IMG/VR virus record: IMGVR_UViG_3300032116_000006
Direction: 5' to 3' (one strand)
DNA length: 64,000 nt
Origin: a virus
Lineage: Duplodnaviria; Heunggongvirae; Uroviricota; Caudoviricetes
Both the position numbers and the translations under genes were made by a program. Below, one piece after another: positions 28,535 to 38,167 of this stretch. The notes under the pieces were generated by a model. It did not search any database. It had not been told where the DNA came from and saw only the letters and a program-made list of their open reading frames with translations. Within the stretch, counting starts at the first letter, position 1; every line of letters begins with the position of its first letter.

Positions 28535-29221
28535 ATGAGAGTAGATTTAAATAATTTTTTCAAGTATTATGATGACAAAAACCCAAAGCATCGCGCCGCA
28601 GTTGATGATTTTGAAAGATTGTTAATTGAAAAGTGTCCAGAATTATTGGAAGACTATGCAAACTGGATTAAAATTTATAGAACATCAGAAGCTTCTGATA
28701 TTATTAATATTCCTTGGTATCCTCAAACTGATAATTATAGACTTCCTGATAGCACTTGCAATTCTTCAGCTTGTGCAATGTGCCTTGAATATCTTAAGCC
28801 TGGTTCATTACCTGCAGGACCAAAAGGTGATGATGCTTATTTGAGAAAAGTTCTAGCTTTAGGTGCTTCCACAGATCATACCATTCAGACGATAGTTTTA
28901 GAGTCTTATGGAGTTAAATCCAACTTTTATTATAATCTAGGCTTTGATGATTTAGATAGAGAACTTGCTGCAGGAAGACCAATTGTTATTGGATTTCTAC
29001 ATAGAGGTTCTGCTAGTAGTCCTACAGGTGGCCACATGATTTGTGTAATTGGTAAAAATGCTTCAGGGGATTATTGGGTTAGAGATCCTTATGGTAGTTT
29101 TTATGATGGTTATAGTGGTCCTGTATCAAATGGTAGACAAGTTGTATATTCTAGAAAAATTCTTGAGAATAGGTGGACTGTAAAACATCCTAAAGACGGT
29201 TGGGGGAGAATTTTTCAGTGA
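28535..29221 (+). CDS. C39-like cysteine peptidase (possible endolysin)
   Basis: Q...CNSSACAM, GHMICVIG, VRDPYG catalytic Cys-His-Asp pattern. Confidence 0.75.
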   Translation: MRVDLNNFFKYYDDKNPKHRAAVDDFERLLIEKCPELLEDYANWIKIYRTSEASDIINIPWYPQTDNYRLPDSTCNSSACAMCLEYLKPGSLPAGPKGDDAYLRKVLALGASTDHTIQTIVLESYGVKSNFYYNLGFDDLDRELAAGRPIVIGFLHRGSASSPTGGHMICVIGKNASGDYWVRDPYGSFYDGYSGPVSNGRQVVYSRKILENRWTVKHPKDGWGRIFQ

Positions 29222-29409
29222 CGGTCTTTAAACTGGCATATGACTTTCCTGTTCTGCTTGGTTTGTGTTATTCTTAATTTGTCGGTAGGTGGCGCCACCT
29301 TCCCGACTTTTGCATAAGGTGGACTGAGCCCTTCGGGGCTCTTTCTTTTAGACGGTCTTTAAACTGGCATATGACTTTCCTGTTCTGCTTGGTTTGTGTT
29401 ATTCTTAAT
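29220..29409 (+). repeat. Exact 59-bp direct repeat (29220-29278, 29351-29409) containing the early box and a promoter-like sequence
   Basis: GACGGTCTTTAAACTGGCATATGACTTTCCTGTTCTGCTTGGTTTGTGTTATTCTTAAT present twice. Confidence 0.92.
29279..29350 (+). ncRNA. Candidate small RNA ending in a UUCG terminator
   Basis: GTCGG/CCGAC stem around the palindrome AGGTGGCGCCACCT; GAGCCC-TTCG-GGGCTC then U-tract; no ORF. Confidence 0.5.
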
Positions 29410-29453
29410 AGGTGGTTGGCAAACCGACTACAAGCTGTTTTTGAATTTTAAAG

Positions 29454-29660
29454 ATGATCTTCATTCAACGATTTTTTACTTGGCTACTTGCTAGTTTGCT
29501 CATGTTTCCATTGGCTTTGCTTGTAACTGTAGGATCTTTTTGTCCTATTATTGTCTATGGACTTGATGATGGAGGTTCTACTACTCTTACAACTTTTTTA
29601 CCTTTTATAGCTATTTTACTTTGGCATAGTGCGATTTACTTGGTACTTAAAACTAAGTAA
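29454..29660 (+). CDS. Small membrane protein
   Basis: Two hydrophobic helices. Confidence 0.55.
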   Translation: MIFIQRFFTWLLASLLMFPLALLVTVGSFCPIIVYGLDDGGSTTLTTFLPFIAILLWHSAIYLVLKTK

Positions 29661-29975
29661 AATTTGCTCAAGAGATTTAGCATAAATAACCGAGAATCTG
29701 AATTGTTTTAGGTTTTATTGGATCCTTGGTGAAATTGGACATCATATGGAGCTTCTAACTCCACGTTTCTGGTTCAAGTCCAGAAGGATTCGTTACTTAG
29801 ACTTAAATCTTCTATGTTACTCTCTGAGCCATTTAATACACTTGACACAATCTCTTAGTAATCTAGTTTCAAAAACCTCAAGGCTACATTTAAGACACTC
29901 CCCAAACTGTCACACATACTCTCACACCACATAGAATTTCCCATAGATTACTAAAACCACAAGAAATTTAAAAGC

Positions 29976-30413
29976 ATGACTAAGCCATCATTGGTTATTG
30001 AAACTGTAAAAATGATAGATGTGAATGAATGGGATAAATTTGTCCAAGATGTTTATGGTAAACCCTATAATTTTCAACAGCAAGATGGTTGCAAAGAAAA
30101 GGGTCTAGAAACATTTGTTTGTACTACAACAGAAGAATTTCTTCAATGGGGTATGGAAGAAACAGAATATAAAGCAACTGAGATTCCATTTGAAGTTAAT
30201 GGTGAAGAAATGGGTGTAAGTTTTAAAACTTGGATGAATACTACACCTGAGGAAACATCCAAATATTTTGAATTTCAATCACAAAATGAATTGTTTTGGC
30301 AAAGAAATTTTTATCCTCACATAGACATGATTGCTCATGATTTATATTTAAGGAGTTTGTTGGAACCTGGAGAATATACAATAAATATTGATTGCTATTA
30401 TGGTTTGGTGTAA
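29976..30413 (+). CDS. Hypothetical early protein
   Basis: ORF after the AACTGTCACA box at 29905. Confidence 0.7.
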   Translation: MTKPSLVIETVKMIDVNEWDKFVQDVYGKPYNFQQQDGCKEKGLETFVCTTTEEFLQWGMEETEYKATEIPFEVNGEEMGVSFKTWMNTTPEETSKYFEFQSQNELFWQRNFYPHIDMIAHDLYLRSLLEPGEYTINIDCYYGLV

Positions 30414-30503
30414 TTTAACCCAAACGCCTTCTAAACTGGCACACTCTTTCCATGTTGCATGAGCTTTTCGTGTATGTTAGTAGAGAAACCTAAAGAAGCT
30501 TTA

Positions 30504-30722
30504 ATGTCTAGCAAAAAACATCAAAGGTGCTTAAAGGAAAAGCGAGACCGAGAACTTCACTTTGAGGAAGAATATCTTGTCCGTTTTGTAACAGGCAAAA
30601 GTGTATTTGTTTATGTTAAGGTTGAACATGGGGTTAATGAAAAGTGCAATCATCAAGAAGCAGAGGACATTGCAAAAAGGCAATATCCAGGTCTTGATAT
30701 ACTTACTGTTGATTATTGTTAA
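30504..30722 (+). CDS. Hypothetical protein
   Basis: ORF after the box at 30434. Confidence 0.55.
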   Translation: MSSKKHQRCLKEKRDRELHFEEEYLVRFVTGKSVFVYVKVEHGVNEKCNHQEAEDIAKRQYPGLDILTVDYC

Positions 30723-30737
30723 ATTTAAGGAGCTAAA

Positions 30738-30914
30738 ATGACAATCAAACCTTACTATTTCTATGCTAAATCTGATGAGTATAGAAAATATTATACCGAA
30801 CATTCAGAAGATGGAGATTCTCCCATATTAGATTATGACCAACTAATTGATACGATTGTTGACCTTTATGATAAAATAGCCAAACTTGAGGCGCAAATAA
30901 ATACCGAAAAGTGA
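30738..30914 (+). CDS. Small hypothetical protein (58 aa)
   Basis: SD AAGGAG; MTIKPYYFYAKSDEY...NTEK*. Confidence 0.6.
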   Translation: MTIKPYYFYAKSDEYRKYYTEHSEDGDSPILDYDQLIDTIVDLYDKIAKLEAQINTEK

Positions 30915-31095
30915 TTAACATGAAGTTTCTCAAATTCCTCAAAAATAAAAATAAAAATGCAGAAGTCACCATAGACTCTTCTGGAGCTTCTACCGTCAGC
31001 ATTCTTGAAACAATTCTTAGCGCACAAGGAAAGAAAGAACTAAAAGATATGGCTGAGTTTGCAAAACAACATAACCTAAGATAGATTCTCTCAAT

Positions 31096-31167
31096 GCGAA
31101 TTTAGTTCAGCGGCAGAACGCAACTTTTCCAAAGTTGATGACATCGGTTCAAATCCGATAATTCGCT
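31096..31167 (+). tRNA. tRNA-Gly(UCC)
   Basis: GCGAATT/AATTCGC acceptor, GTTC/GAAC D-stem, CAACT-TTTCCAA-AGTTG, T-loop TTCAAAT. Confidence 0.92.
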
Positions 31168-31302
31168 TACATCATTATATTAGAATAGATTAAAGCAAAA
31201 ATAAATAATGAAATTTGAATTAGACGATTTCTTAACTGGCACACATACTATATTAAACCCACAAATATATCATAGACTACTAAAGCCATAAGAAATTCAA
31301 AA

Positions 31303-31929
31303 ATGATTAAACCCACCGAAGATACTCAAACTTTTTATATTGTAAAGTTTGACTGTGGCTATTATGCTGAAACCCAATCATATTTTAAGTGGAGTTTTAC
31401 TGACAACCCCACATTGGCGAAAAAATACAAGTCACTAAAGAGTGCAAAAAAAAGAGCTGAAACAGTAGAATGGGGTACAACTTTAATTACTTGTTCCTCA
31501 CCGTCATATGTTATCGAAAAAGTTATTCTAAAAACAATGTTTGTGATTGATAGTGTTGAATGTGTTTATACTACACCTGAACTTTCCAAATCTAAAGCAG
31601 CAATAAGTCAAAAAATGATTGAAGAAATTAAAGTTGGAGATATTGTATCTCCCATTAGTTGCGGTCTTTGGCTGGCAGATGCTCCGGTAGATGGGAATTA
31701 CTATCAAAAAAGAAATAGGATTTGCGTATTCAAAGACAAAGGGAAAGTATTAAGATTGGATAAAGTTATAATTGACTATGACGAATGGGACGAGCAAGAC
31801 ATAATTAATGGGTTTGAAGGTTGTATGAGTGTTGGTAAACTAGAATGTATAAATCTTCTTATTGTATGTGATGCTGGTACTGGATGGGCTGGAGCCGGAG
31901 CAGTAACTAAAGTAAAAGAGGAAATTTAA
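31303..31929 (+). CDS. Hypothetical protein
   Basis: 208-aa ORF after the box at 31234. Confidence 0.7.
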   Translation: MIKPTEDTQTFYIVKFDCGYYAETQSYFKWSFTDNPTLAKKYKSLKSAKKRAETVEWGTTLITCSSPSYVIEKVILKTMFVIDSVECVYTTPELSKSKAAISQKMIEEIKVGDIVSPISCGLWLADAPVDGNYYQKRNRICVFKDKGKVLRLDKVIIDYDEWDEQDIINGFEGCMSVGKLECINLLIVCDAGTGWAGAGAVTKVKEEI

Positions 31930-31930
31930 A

Positions 31931-32143
31931 ATGAATGAAGAAATAGTACAAAAATTATGGAAAGTTTATTGTGATGAGTTGATTGATAATGGAGACAAGA
32001 ATTCTGAAGATGTTCGCCAGGCACTTGCATCTTTTCTTCGTGCTCTAACTGATTATTGTGAAGGGAAATGGGGAGATAAAGTTTGGTTGGTAACCTCAAA
32101 AGATTTATTAGATACTGCAAATCTGTTAGAGAACTTGAAATGA
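31931..32143 (+). CDS. Hypothetical protein
   Basis: Coupled small ORF. Confidence 0.6.
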   Translation: MNEEIVQKLWKVYCDELIDNGDKNSEDVRQALASFLRALTDYCEGKWGDKVWLVTSKDLLDTANLLENLK

Positions 32144-32328
32144 CCAGCATTAAAAAATATCCTCCATATTTGTGGAGAGAAGATGGTTCAAGATTTACCA
32201 AAAATGAAGATGATACATATAGTCATGATGATACTAAAATTAATATGCCAACTTGCTACTATAGATATACTTTTGAGCGTTTAATGAATACTGGAAAATT
32301 TTATCTGTATGAACCTAATAAATTCTAA
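32140..32328 (+). CDS. Hypothetical protein
   Basis: ATGA overlap. Confidence 0.6.
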   Translation: MTSIKKYPPYLWREDGSRFTKNEDDTYSHDDTKINMPTCYYRYTFERLMNTGKFYLYEPNKF

Positions 32329-32339
32329 ACAATTCTTAC

Positions 32340-32654
32340 ATGACTTACTCATACAAAAAGAAAAGAAACCCACACAATTATAAAAGAAACACTAGGCGCA
32401 TTTACTATCATGTAATTTGGTATAGTGAAAAGAAGCGGTTTGTTCGTTATTTTTGTTCTGCAAAGAGAGCGAGAAATTTCGTTAATTATTTAATTGAAAC
32501 TGTGAATACCTACTGTCCGATAGATAATTTTGATTGGGAAGGGCCTTATATTGAAATCGAAAAAATTTGGTGTAGACTTAGACATACTCCACGACATAAA
32601 TGGTACTATCTTGCAGATAAGAAAAATCAATGGGTTCGTTATGAATGGTATTAA
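32340..32654 (+). CDS. Basic hypothetical protein
   Basis: K/R-rich 104-aa ORF. Confidence 0.6.
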   Translation: MTYSYKKKRNPHNYKRNTRRIYYHVIWYSEKKRFVRYFCSAKRARNFVNYLIETVNTYCPIDNFDWEGPYIEIEKIWCRLRHTPRHKWYYLADKKNQWVRYEWY

Positions 32655-32673
32655 ATATATGAGGATTTAAAAT

Positions 32674-32952
32674 ATGAAACTTAAACTTAATGCAGTTACT
32701 ATTACTTACACTAAGTCTCTTACATTCATTCCAACTGAACAAATGTTCAGTGATTGGGATGAAGTGCCAACTCAAAAAGAATTTGAGGATTATGCTAGTC
32801 AAAAATTTGATGTTGAACTATACAAAGAAGTAAGGCAATCCGAACCTGGAAATTTTACTATTATAAAACATCCTAATTCTTTTGAGATCAATTATCAAGA
32901 ATTAGAAGAAGTTAAAATTGATTCTAGTATTTTTGATGAAGAATTAGACTAA
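32674..32952 (+). CDS. Hypothetical protein
   Basis: SD GAGG, 92 aa. Confidence 0.65.
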   Translation: MKLKLNAVTITYTKSLTFIPTEQMFSDWDEVPTQKEFEDYASQKFDVELYKEVRQSEPGNFTIIKHPNSFEINYQELEEVKIDSSIFDEELD

Positions 32953-33229
32953 TGGATGGAATCATTGTCTAAGTAAAATTGCAACAGAATTAATTAAATG
33001 ACTAGAAATGCCTGAACCAAAATTTGAAAAACCTCCAATATACGTTTCAGAATCTGGCATAGCTTATGTAAAAGCTAAAGATATTTTAATGAGTCAAAAG
33101 GGGCAGAAAGAAATCTACAGACTCTGTAATGCCCTAGAAAACACAAGACAATTTAAGAACTGTCACAACTAAAATAGATTCAAGAAAATTTTGTTCTAGA
33201 ATTTGTGAAATTGAACTTTCCTAAAAACA

Positions 33230-33661
33230 ATGACCAATTCCAATACAATTGAAACTCTTGAAAATGAGTTAAATGAACTTCAAAGTGAAATTGAAAAAGC
33301 TGGATTAGAATATCAAGCTAAAAACAGATTTTTTCGCAGACAAAAACATGAAATAAAAAACCAAATTAGACTGATTAAAGGAATCCCTGAAGAATTTAAG
33401 GAATATTTTGATTATATGATGTTTAGCCCAAGAGATATTTTTAATGATTTTTTACTTGAAGCCCGAGTTTATAACTTTGATAGTAAAGAAGAATTACTTA
33501 ATTTTTTAAAAGAGAAAAGAAAACTTTCAAATATAATGACGTTTTATTCTTATAAAGTCAATGAATTTAAACCATTGGATTATTTTGATCCATCTTTAAA
33601 TGAGTTTGTAAAAGAAAGGGTAGAAAAGCATCACATTAGATTTTCTTTCATCCAAAAATAA
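33230..33661 (+). CDS. Hypothetical protein (distantly resembles 11999/12483)
   Basis: FDSKEELLNFLKEK vs FNSKHEVLNFLKDK; box at 33158. Confidence 0.65.
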   Translation: MTNSNTIETLENELNELQSEIEKAGLEYQAKNRFFRRQKHEIKNQIRLIKGIPEEFKEYFDYMMFSPRDIFNDFLLEARVYNFDSKEELLNFLKEKRKLSNIMTFYSYKVNEFKPLDYFDPSLNEFVKERVEKHHIRFSFIQK

Positions 33662-33996
33662 TGAACAATTTAACAGAATCAAACCAACTGAAACCTTATA
33701 CAAAAGAAGAGATGCGGGAAAGGTTTTTACAACAATGTAGAAATTTAGCCAAATATTGGTCTAGAGTTAAAGATCAAACTAAAGAAGAACTGTGTGATGG
33801 TGTTGTATTTTCAATTTTAAATGTTATTGATGGGGGTTCTGGTGGATTTCCATGTGCTATTGATTTGGTTCTTCGCCCTCATCCAGAAGATAAAGATTAT
33901 TGGATAACCGAAGGTGAGAATTGGGTAGAAGATGGTCAAGTTATCAACAATGATACAAATCTCCATGATTACTATTTTAAAGGGGAGCAGCAATGA
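33661..33996 (+). CDS. Hypothetical protein
   Basis: 111-aa coupled ORF. Confidence 0.7.
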   Translation: MNNLTESNQLKPYTKEEMRERFLQQCRNLAKYWSRVKDQTKEELCDGVVFSILNVIDGGSGGFPCAIDLVLRPHPEDKDYWITEGENWVEDGQVINNDTNLHDYYFKGEQQ

Positions 33997-34409
33997 CAAT
34001 TAATCTTAATGACTTTGTGAATCAATTTGTTAAAATTAAACTGAGAAATGGCAGCATTTATTATGGAGTAATTGAGCTTAATGCTTATCAACCTGCTGAT
34101 TATTCATATCTTTTTCAGTCCCAAGACTCAACGAAAAGATTTTGGTTTATGAGCCATGGTTGTCAGAGCATTTGGAAATCTAGTCTTGATATTATAGAGA
34201 TAGAACAAGTTAAATCTCCAATACAAACTACTAATTCTAGTTTCTTAGAGTGGTTCTCTAGTGAATATGGAAATTTTTCTTTTCGCTCTGAAGCATTTTT
34301 TGCTGACTGTGAAATAAAAGATGTAAAAATCTTAAAACGCATGATGTTCAAATGGCTTCAAGCTGCTTATGAAGCCGGGACACAATGCAAAGTGGAACAA
34401 GAGTCTTAA
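33993..34409 (+). CDS. Two-domain hypothetical protein; C-terminal domain shared with 60899-61069
   Basis: FLEWFSSEYGNFSFRSEAFFADCE...WLQAAYEAG. Confidence 0.65.
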   Translation: MTINLNDFVNQFVKIKLRNGSIYYGVIELNAYQPADYSYLFQSQDSTKRFWFMSHGCQSIWKSSLDIIEIEQVKSPIQTTNSSFLEWFSSEYGNFSFRSEAFFADCEIKDVKILKRMMFKWLQAAYEAGTQCKVEQES

Positions 34410-34424
34410 AAAGCATTTTATTTC

Positions 34425-34751
34425 ATGTATGATAAGAAAAACAACAAAATGAAACCCTTTCCAATACCCCGCGATGAGACTTGGATTTCTGGCACATTCC
34501 ACCTTCTTCTAAAATTAATTGGTGAGAATTATTCTACTGATCATGAATTTTCTAATGATGTTTTCACTATTCGCCCATATTATTGGGGAGATGAAGAAGA
34601 CGAAATTAATAGAGCAAATTTTGAAATTCCATCAGAAAATTTTAATATTTCTTGGTACAAATATCCATTTAGAAATTCATATTCTAGTGAACTAATTACA
34701 CCAGAGCGTTGGTATCACCTTATCCAAAAATGTATTGAGAGCCTAAAATGA
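34425..34751 (+). CDS. Hypothetical protein
   Basis: 108-aa ORF. Confidence 0.65.
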   Translation: MYDKKNNKMKPFPIPRDETWISGTFHLLLKLIGENYSTDHEFSNDVFTIRPYYWGDEEDEINRANFEIPSENFNISWYKYPFRNSYSSELITPERWYHLIQKCIESLK

Positions 34752-35062
34752 CCGAAAATAGAAAATTAGTTTTTGAATATGAGAGGATTCTTACCGGCTC
34801 ATATGAAGATGTTGACATCAGTGAACTAATCCATAAACTTAAGCATCTTAGATCCCAAGGGTATTCTAGAGTTGAAACTGATTATAGGTATTTGGATACG
34901 TGGGATAGTGAAAAAACTTTTATTGTAAGAGCAAGAAAATCCCGCAAAGAAACTGACAAAGAATATCATGCTCGCATTGAGAAAGAAGAACAACAAAAAG
35001 CAGAATCTGAGGAATACCGGCGTAAACAATATGAGAGACTTAAAATGGAGTTTGATTCATGA
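34748..35062 (+). CDS. Hypothetical protein
   Basis: C-terminal ETDKEYHARIEKEE...YERLK. Confidence 0.65.
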   Translation: MTENRKLVFEYERILTGSYEDVDISELIHKLKHLRSQGYSRVETDYRYLDTWDSEKTFIVRARKSRKETDKEYHARIEKEEQQKAESEEYRRKQYERLKMEFDS

Positions 35063-35084
35063 ATACATACTTTTCAATCATAAA

Positions 35085-35249
35085 ATGAAGTCCTTCTCAG
35101 AACTCACCAAAGACTTCTCACCTGAAAGGAGAGAACATATTGAAAGTAAAAAGGATGATTTAAGGCAACAACTATACAAACCATTACCAAAAATAAGATC
35201 TGATATATCAAATCCGTATGATTCTTCTGGGCGATCTAAAGTAGAATGA
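35085..35249 (+). CDS. Small protein resembling the N-terminal arm of XRE/HigA-type antitoxins
   Basis: MKSFSELTKDFSPERREHIESKK. Confidence 0.45.
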   Translation: MKSFSELTKDFSPERREHIESKKDDLRQQLYKPLPKIRSDISNPYDSSGRSKVE

Positions 35250-35605
35250 AACTTTACAACAAAAGACAAAAAACATCAATTCGTTCAGATGTCAAAGAGA
35301 GTGTTTTAGATATTAAATTATTTGATTTTGGAAATTTTGATTTATTAAATTTTCAAAATCAAATATTTGATGGAATTAACGGAAATTCTTTTCATTCTAT
35401 TAGATATTCTTTGCAATTATTCAATTATAAAAATTTCTCTTTATTTTCATTTTATTGGGATGATGATCCCACACAAGGATTTCAATTAACATTGTTTGCA
35501 ATGAATTCACATATTTTATTGACTCTACAATTAAGCATGTTTGATCACACTTTTTGTTTTTCATTTTGCCAAAATGAAGCTATTAGATTTGATGAACATT
35601 TATAA
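35246..35605 (+). CDS. Hypothetical protein
   Basis: Coupled Phe-rich ORF. Confidence 0.55.
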   Translation: MKLYNKRQKTSIRSDVKESVLDIKLFDFGNFDLLNFQNQIFDGINGNSFHSIRYSLQLFNYKNFSLFSFYWDDDPTQGFQLTLFAMNSHILLTLQLSMFDHTFCFSFCQNEAIRFDEHL

Positions 35606-35629
35606 TAACACGGTTTTGTTTTTTGTGAA

Positions 35630-36277
35630 ATGAACATGAATCATTATAAATACCCGAGAACCTTACATGTTCCATGGTCCAAAGGAATTACTTCTGACGA
35701 TAAAGTCTGTAAAAATATTTCACATTTTGAAGGTCTTGATGTAGTTCTTACTGAAAAGATGGATGGAGAAAATACTTCTCTTTATCGGGATCATATTCAT
35801 GCAAGAAGCTTAGATTCAAGGGGTGGAGAAGATAGAGCATGGGTTAAACAATTTTGGTCACAGATCCAACTTGAAATCCCAGATGGATGGAGAATCTGTG
35901 GAGAGAATTTATTGGCACAACATTCAATTCGCTACGAAAACTTGAGTTCTTATTTCTATGGCTTTAGTATTTGGAATGAGAACAATATTTGTTTGGATTG
36001 GAAATCTACTCTTGAATTATTTTCAATTCTTAACATAACGCCAGTACATGTGTTATATTCTGGAGTGTTTGATGGCAAATTATTCAAAGAAATTGCGAAC
36101 CAATTAGATGAAGAAAAAACTGAAGGTTATGTCATACGCTTAGCCGATTCTTTTTCGTATGAAGATTTTGGAAAATCTGTGGCCAAATATGTAAGATCAA
36201 ATCATGTTAAAACTGATAAACATTGGAGAACTCAAATCTTTATTCCAAATACATTGAAGTGTTATGAAAATTCTTAA
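35630..36277 (+). CDS. ATP-dependent RNA ligase (nucleotidyltransferase superfamily)
   Basis: YPRTLHVPWS, motif I TEKMDGEN, ICGEN, EGYVIR, AKYVR. Confidence 0.8.
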   Translation: MNMNHYKYPRTLHVPWSKGITSDDKVCKNISHFEGLDVVLTEKMDGENTSLYRDHIHARSLDSRGGEDRAWVKQFWSQIQLEIPDGWRICGENLLAQHSIRYENLSSYFYGFSIWNENNICLDWKSTLELFSILNITPVHVLYSGVFDGKLFKEIANQLDEEKTEGYVIRLADSFSYEDFGKSVAKYVRSNHVKTDKHWRTQIFIPNTLKCYENS

Positions 36278-36620
36278 AGTAAATAAAACTGTTGAATACA
36301 TTGTAGAGACTGATAATTTGTTCTTTCCATTCTATAGAACAAATGAAGATGGTTCAGAATGGGAAAATCTCATTGGAGAATCTTGGGAACCTGTTTATCT
36401 AGGTTATTATACAAAAACTGAAGATGAACTACCAAATTTGTTTAAAGAACATGTGAGAAATAATCCAGAAGAATCCAGTTTACAGTTTAAAGAAGTGGGT
36501 GAATGGATTAAGAAAACTTATTATGAATGTGTAAGATATGATGGTAAATTGTGGCATAGAAAATATGGGGATATGGATACAATTAATGATCTTATTAAAA
36601 TTCTCAATGAAGCAGTGTGA
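36264..36620 (+). CDS. Hypothetical protein
   Basis: Coupled ORF. Confidence 0.6.
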   Translation: MKILKVNKTVEYIVETDNLFFPFYRTNEDGSEWENLIGESWEPVYLGYYTKTEDELPNLFKEHVRNNPEESSLQFKEVGEWIKKTYYECVRYDGKLWHRKYGDMDTINDLIKILNEAV

Positions 36621-36826
36621 AAGGCACAATTTCTCCAGAATTGAGAGCAATATTAAATAATAGGCATCTTTATAAACAATTTATAGGTGGTTTTGATACA
36701 GTGCCAAGAAAAAATTTTACTATAACCGACGAAAGTGGAAATACAATTACAATTAAATTTCCAAATAATAGTAAATATAAACCAAGAAAAAGAAGAAATA
36801 TTTTTGAGGTTTTACTTGGTAAATAA
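36617..36826 (+). CDS. Hypothetical protein
   Basis: GTGA overlap. Confidence 0.55.
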   Translation: MKGTISPELRAILNNRHLYKQFIGGFDTVPRKNFTITDESGNTITIKFPNNSKYKPRKRRNIFEVLLGK

Positions 36827-36848
36827 AATTTATTTATCTAAAACTTAA

Positions 36849-37085
36849 ATGAAAAAGCTAATTGAATTCTTATTGCCCATTTGTTTGCACGAGTGGGAGA
36901 CTGAAGACAAACTGGATATTTATAGGGTTCATCCAATAATTGGAGCATTTGATCCTAATGATGAATGTAAAAATAAATTTTTACCAGAAAAATATAGAAG
37001 CCCTATAGGTTATTGTTACATCTTAAAATGTAAAAAATGTGGAAGGATTAAGAAACATGTTGAATACTTTAAATATGACACTTGA
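36849..37085 (+). CDS. Small Cys/His (Zn-binding?) protein
   Basis: CLHEW ... CKKCG. Confidence 0.6.
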   Translation: MKKLIEFLLPICLHEWETEDKLDIYRVHPIIGAFDPNDECKNKFLPEKYRSPIGYCYILKCKKCGRIKKHVEYFKYDT

Positions 37086-37151
37086 AAAACTGGCACGCAT
37101 CAGCTCCACAGACCAATTTTCATGCTACACTTACAGTAGTTTAAAAAAATT

Positions 37152-37481
37152 ATGATTTCTGCATTGGACCTTGCAAAAGTTCTAAAATTAGCCGACGATT
37201 TGGGGTATGAGTATAATACATACTCTACTCGTGCTGAGCAGGTTTTAACGATAGTTTTTCATATCCCAGATGAGGATGAAGATGCCTTCAGGAACAAAAA
37301 AATTATTATGGTGATTGATCACGAATACCGTAATTATAAATCCTATAACTTTGATTTTTGGGTATTGAGTGAAGTTGAGGTTCTTTTTAATAAAAAACTG
37401 AAAGAAAAACAATTGCGTAAAGCAGCGCTTGCAAAACTCACAAAAGAAGAGATTAAACTATTGGGAATTGAAAATGATTGA
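37152..37481 (+). CDS. Hypothetical protein
   Basis: Box at 37088; C-terminal AALAKLTKEEIKLLGI. Confidence 0.7.
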   Translation: MISALDLAKVLKLADDLGYEYNTYSTRAEQVLTIVFHIPDEDEDAFRNKKIIMVIDHEYRNYKSYNFDFWVLSEVEVLFNKKLKEKQLRKAALAKLTKEEIKLLGIEND

Positions 37482-37785
37482 TGTCAGCAAACTAACTCCT
37501 GAGGAAATTTCAAATCTTAAACAACAGCTAGAAGAACATGAAAGAAAAAATAATCTGAAAGGCTATCATGTTTCATTTATCGTTAGATTTGATCCTAAGG
37601 CTCATGTGGATGATGCATTAACATGTGATGGAGATTTAGATATAGAAATTTTCAGGGAATACATTTATGAAAATATAGTTTTTTCAATAATAAAGGATTT
37701 TAATCTAGGAAGTAAAGTTAAATTTGAAACATGCAGTTATCCTCGGGTAAGACTAGCAACAACCGAAGAATTAGAGATCCTTTAA
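37474..37785 (+). CDS. Hypothetical protein
   Basis: Coupled ORF. Confidence 0.65.
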   Translation: MIDVSKLTPEEISNLKQQLEEHERKNNLKGYHVSFIVRFDPKAHVDDALTCDGDLDIEIFREYIYENIVFSIIKDFNLGSKVKFETCSYPRVRLATTEELEIL

Positions 37786-38015
37786 TGACAGATTCCTTTA
37801 AATGCATTTATGAAATTGATGATGGCTATGTTGGAAGTTCAAGACCACAAAGTTTTACAATCAGTGTTGATGATCTTGAAGATGAAGAAGACTACAATTC
37901 CATTTTTCATAATATGATGCAAGAAGACTTTGAACAAAACATCTATCCGTATCCAAAAAACCTAGATAAATTTTTAGAATGGGCAGATCAAAAGAGCTTA
38001 CAGAAACAGAAGTAG
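37785..38015 (+). CDS. Acidic hypothetical protein
   Basis: Coupled ORF. Confidence 0.6.
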   Translation: MTDSFKCIYEIDDGYVGSSRPQSFTISVDDLEDEEDYNSIFHNMMQEDFEQNIYPYPKNLDKFLEWADQKSLQKQK

Positions 38016-38167
38016 AAGTTTTACTTAATGCGATTGATTACACATTAGAAACTATTTCTCCAGGTATTAGAAAACAGACTAGACCCGAATGGGTTGAAAT
38101 TCATTTAGGGAGAGCATTTCAAGCTGAGGCATTTTTAACATACGCTAGACAGATTCTTAAACAATGA
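37979..38167 (+). CDS. Hypothetical protein
   Basis: 62-aa ORF. Confidence 0.55.
   Translation: MGRSKELTETEVEVLLNAIDYTLETISPGIRKQTRPEWVEIHLGRAFQAEAFLTYARQILKQ

Noticed and set aside
29279-29350. tRNA fragment or attachment site
   Set aside because: No T-loop or cloverleaf and no integrase in the window; treated as an sRNA candidate instead.
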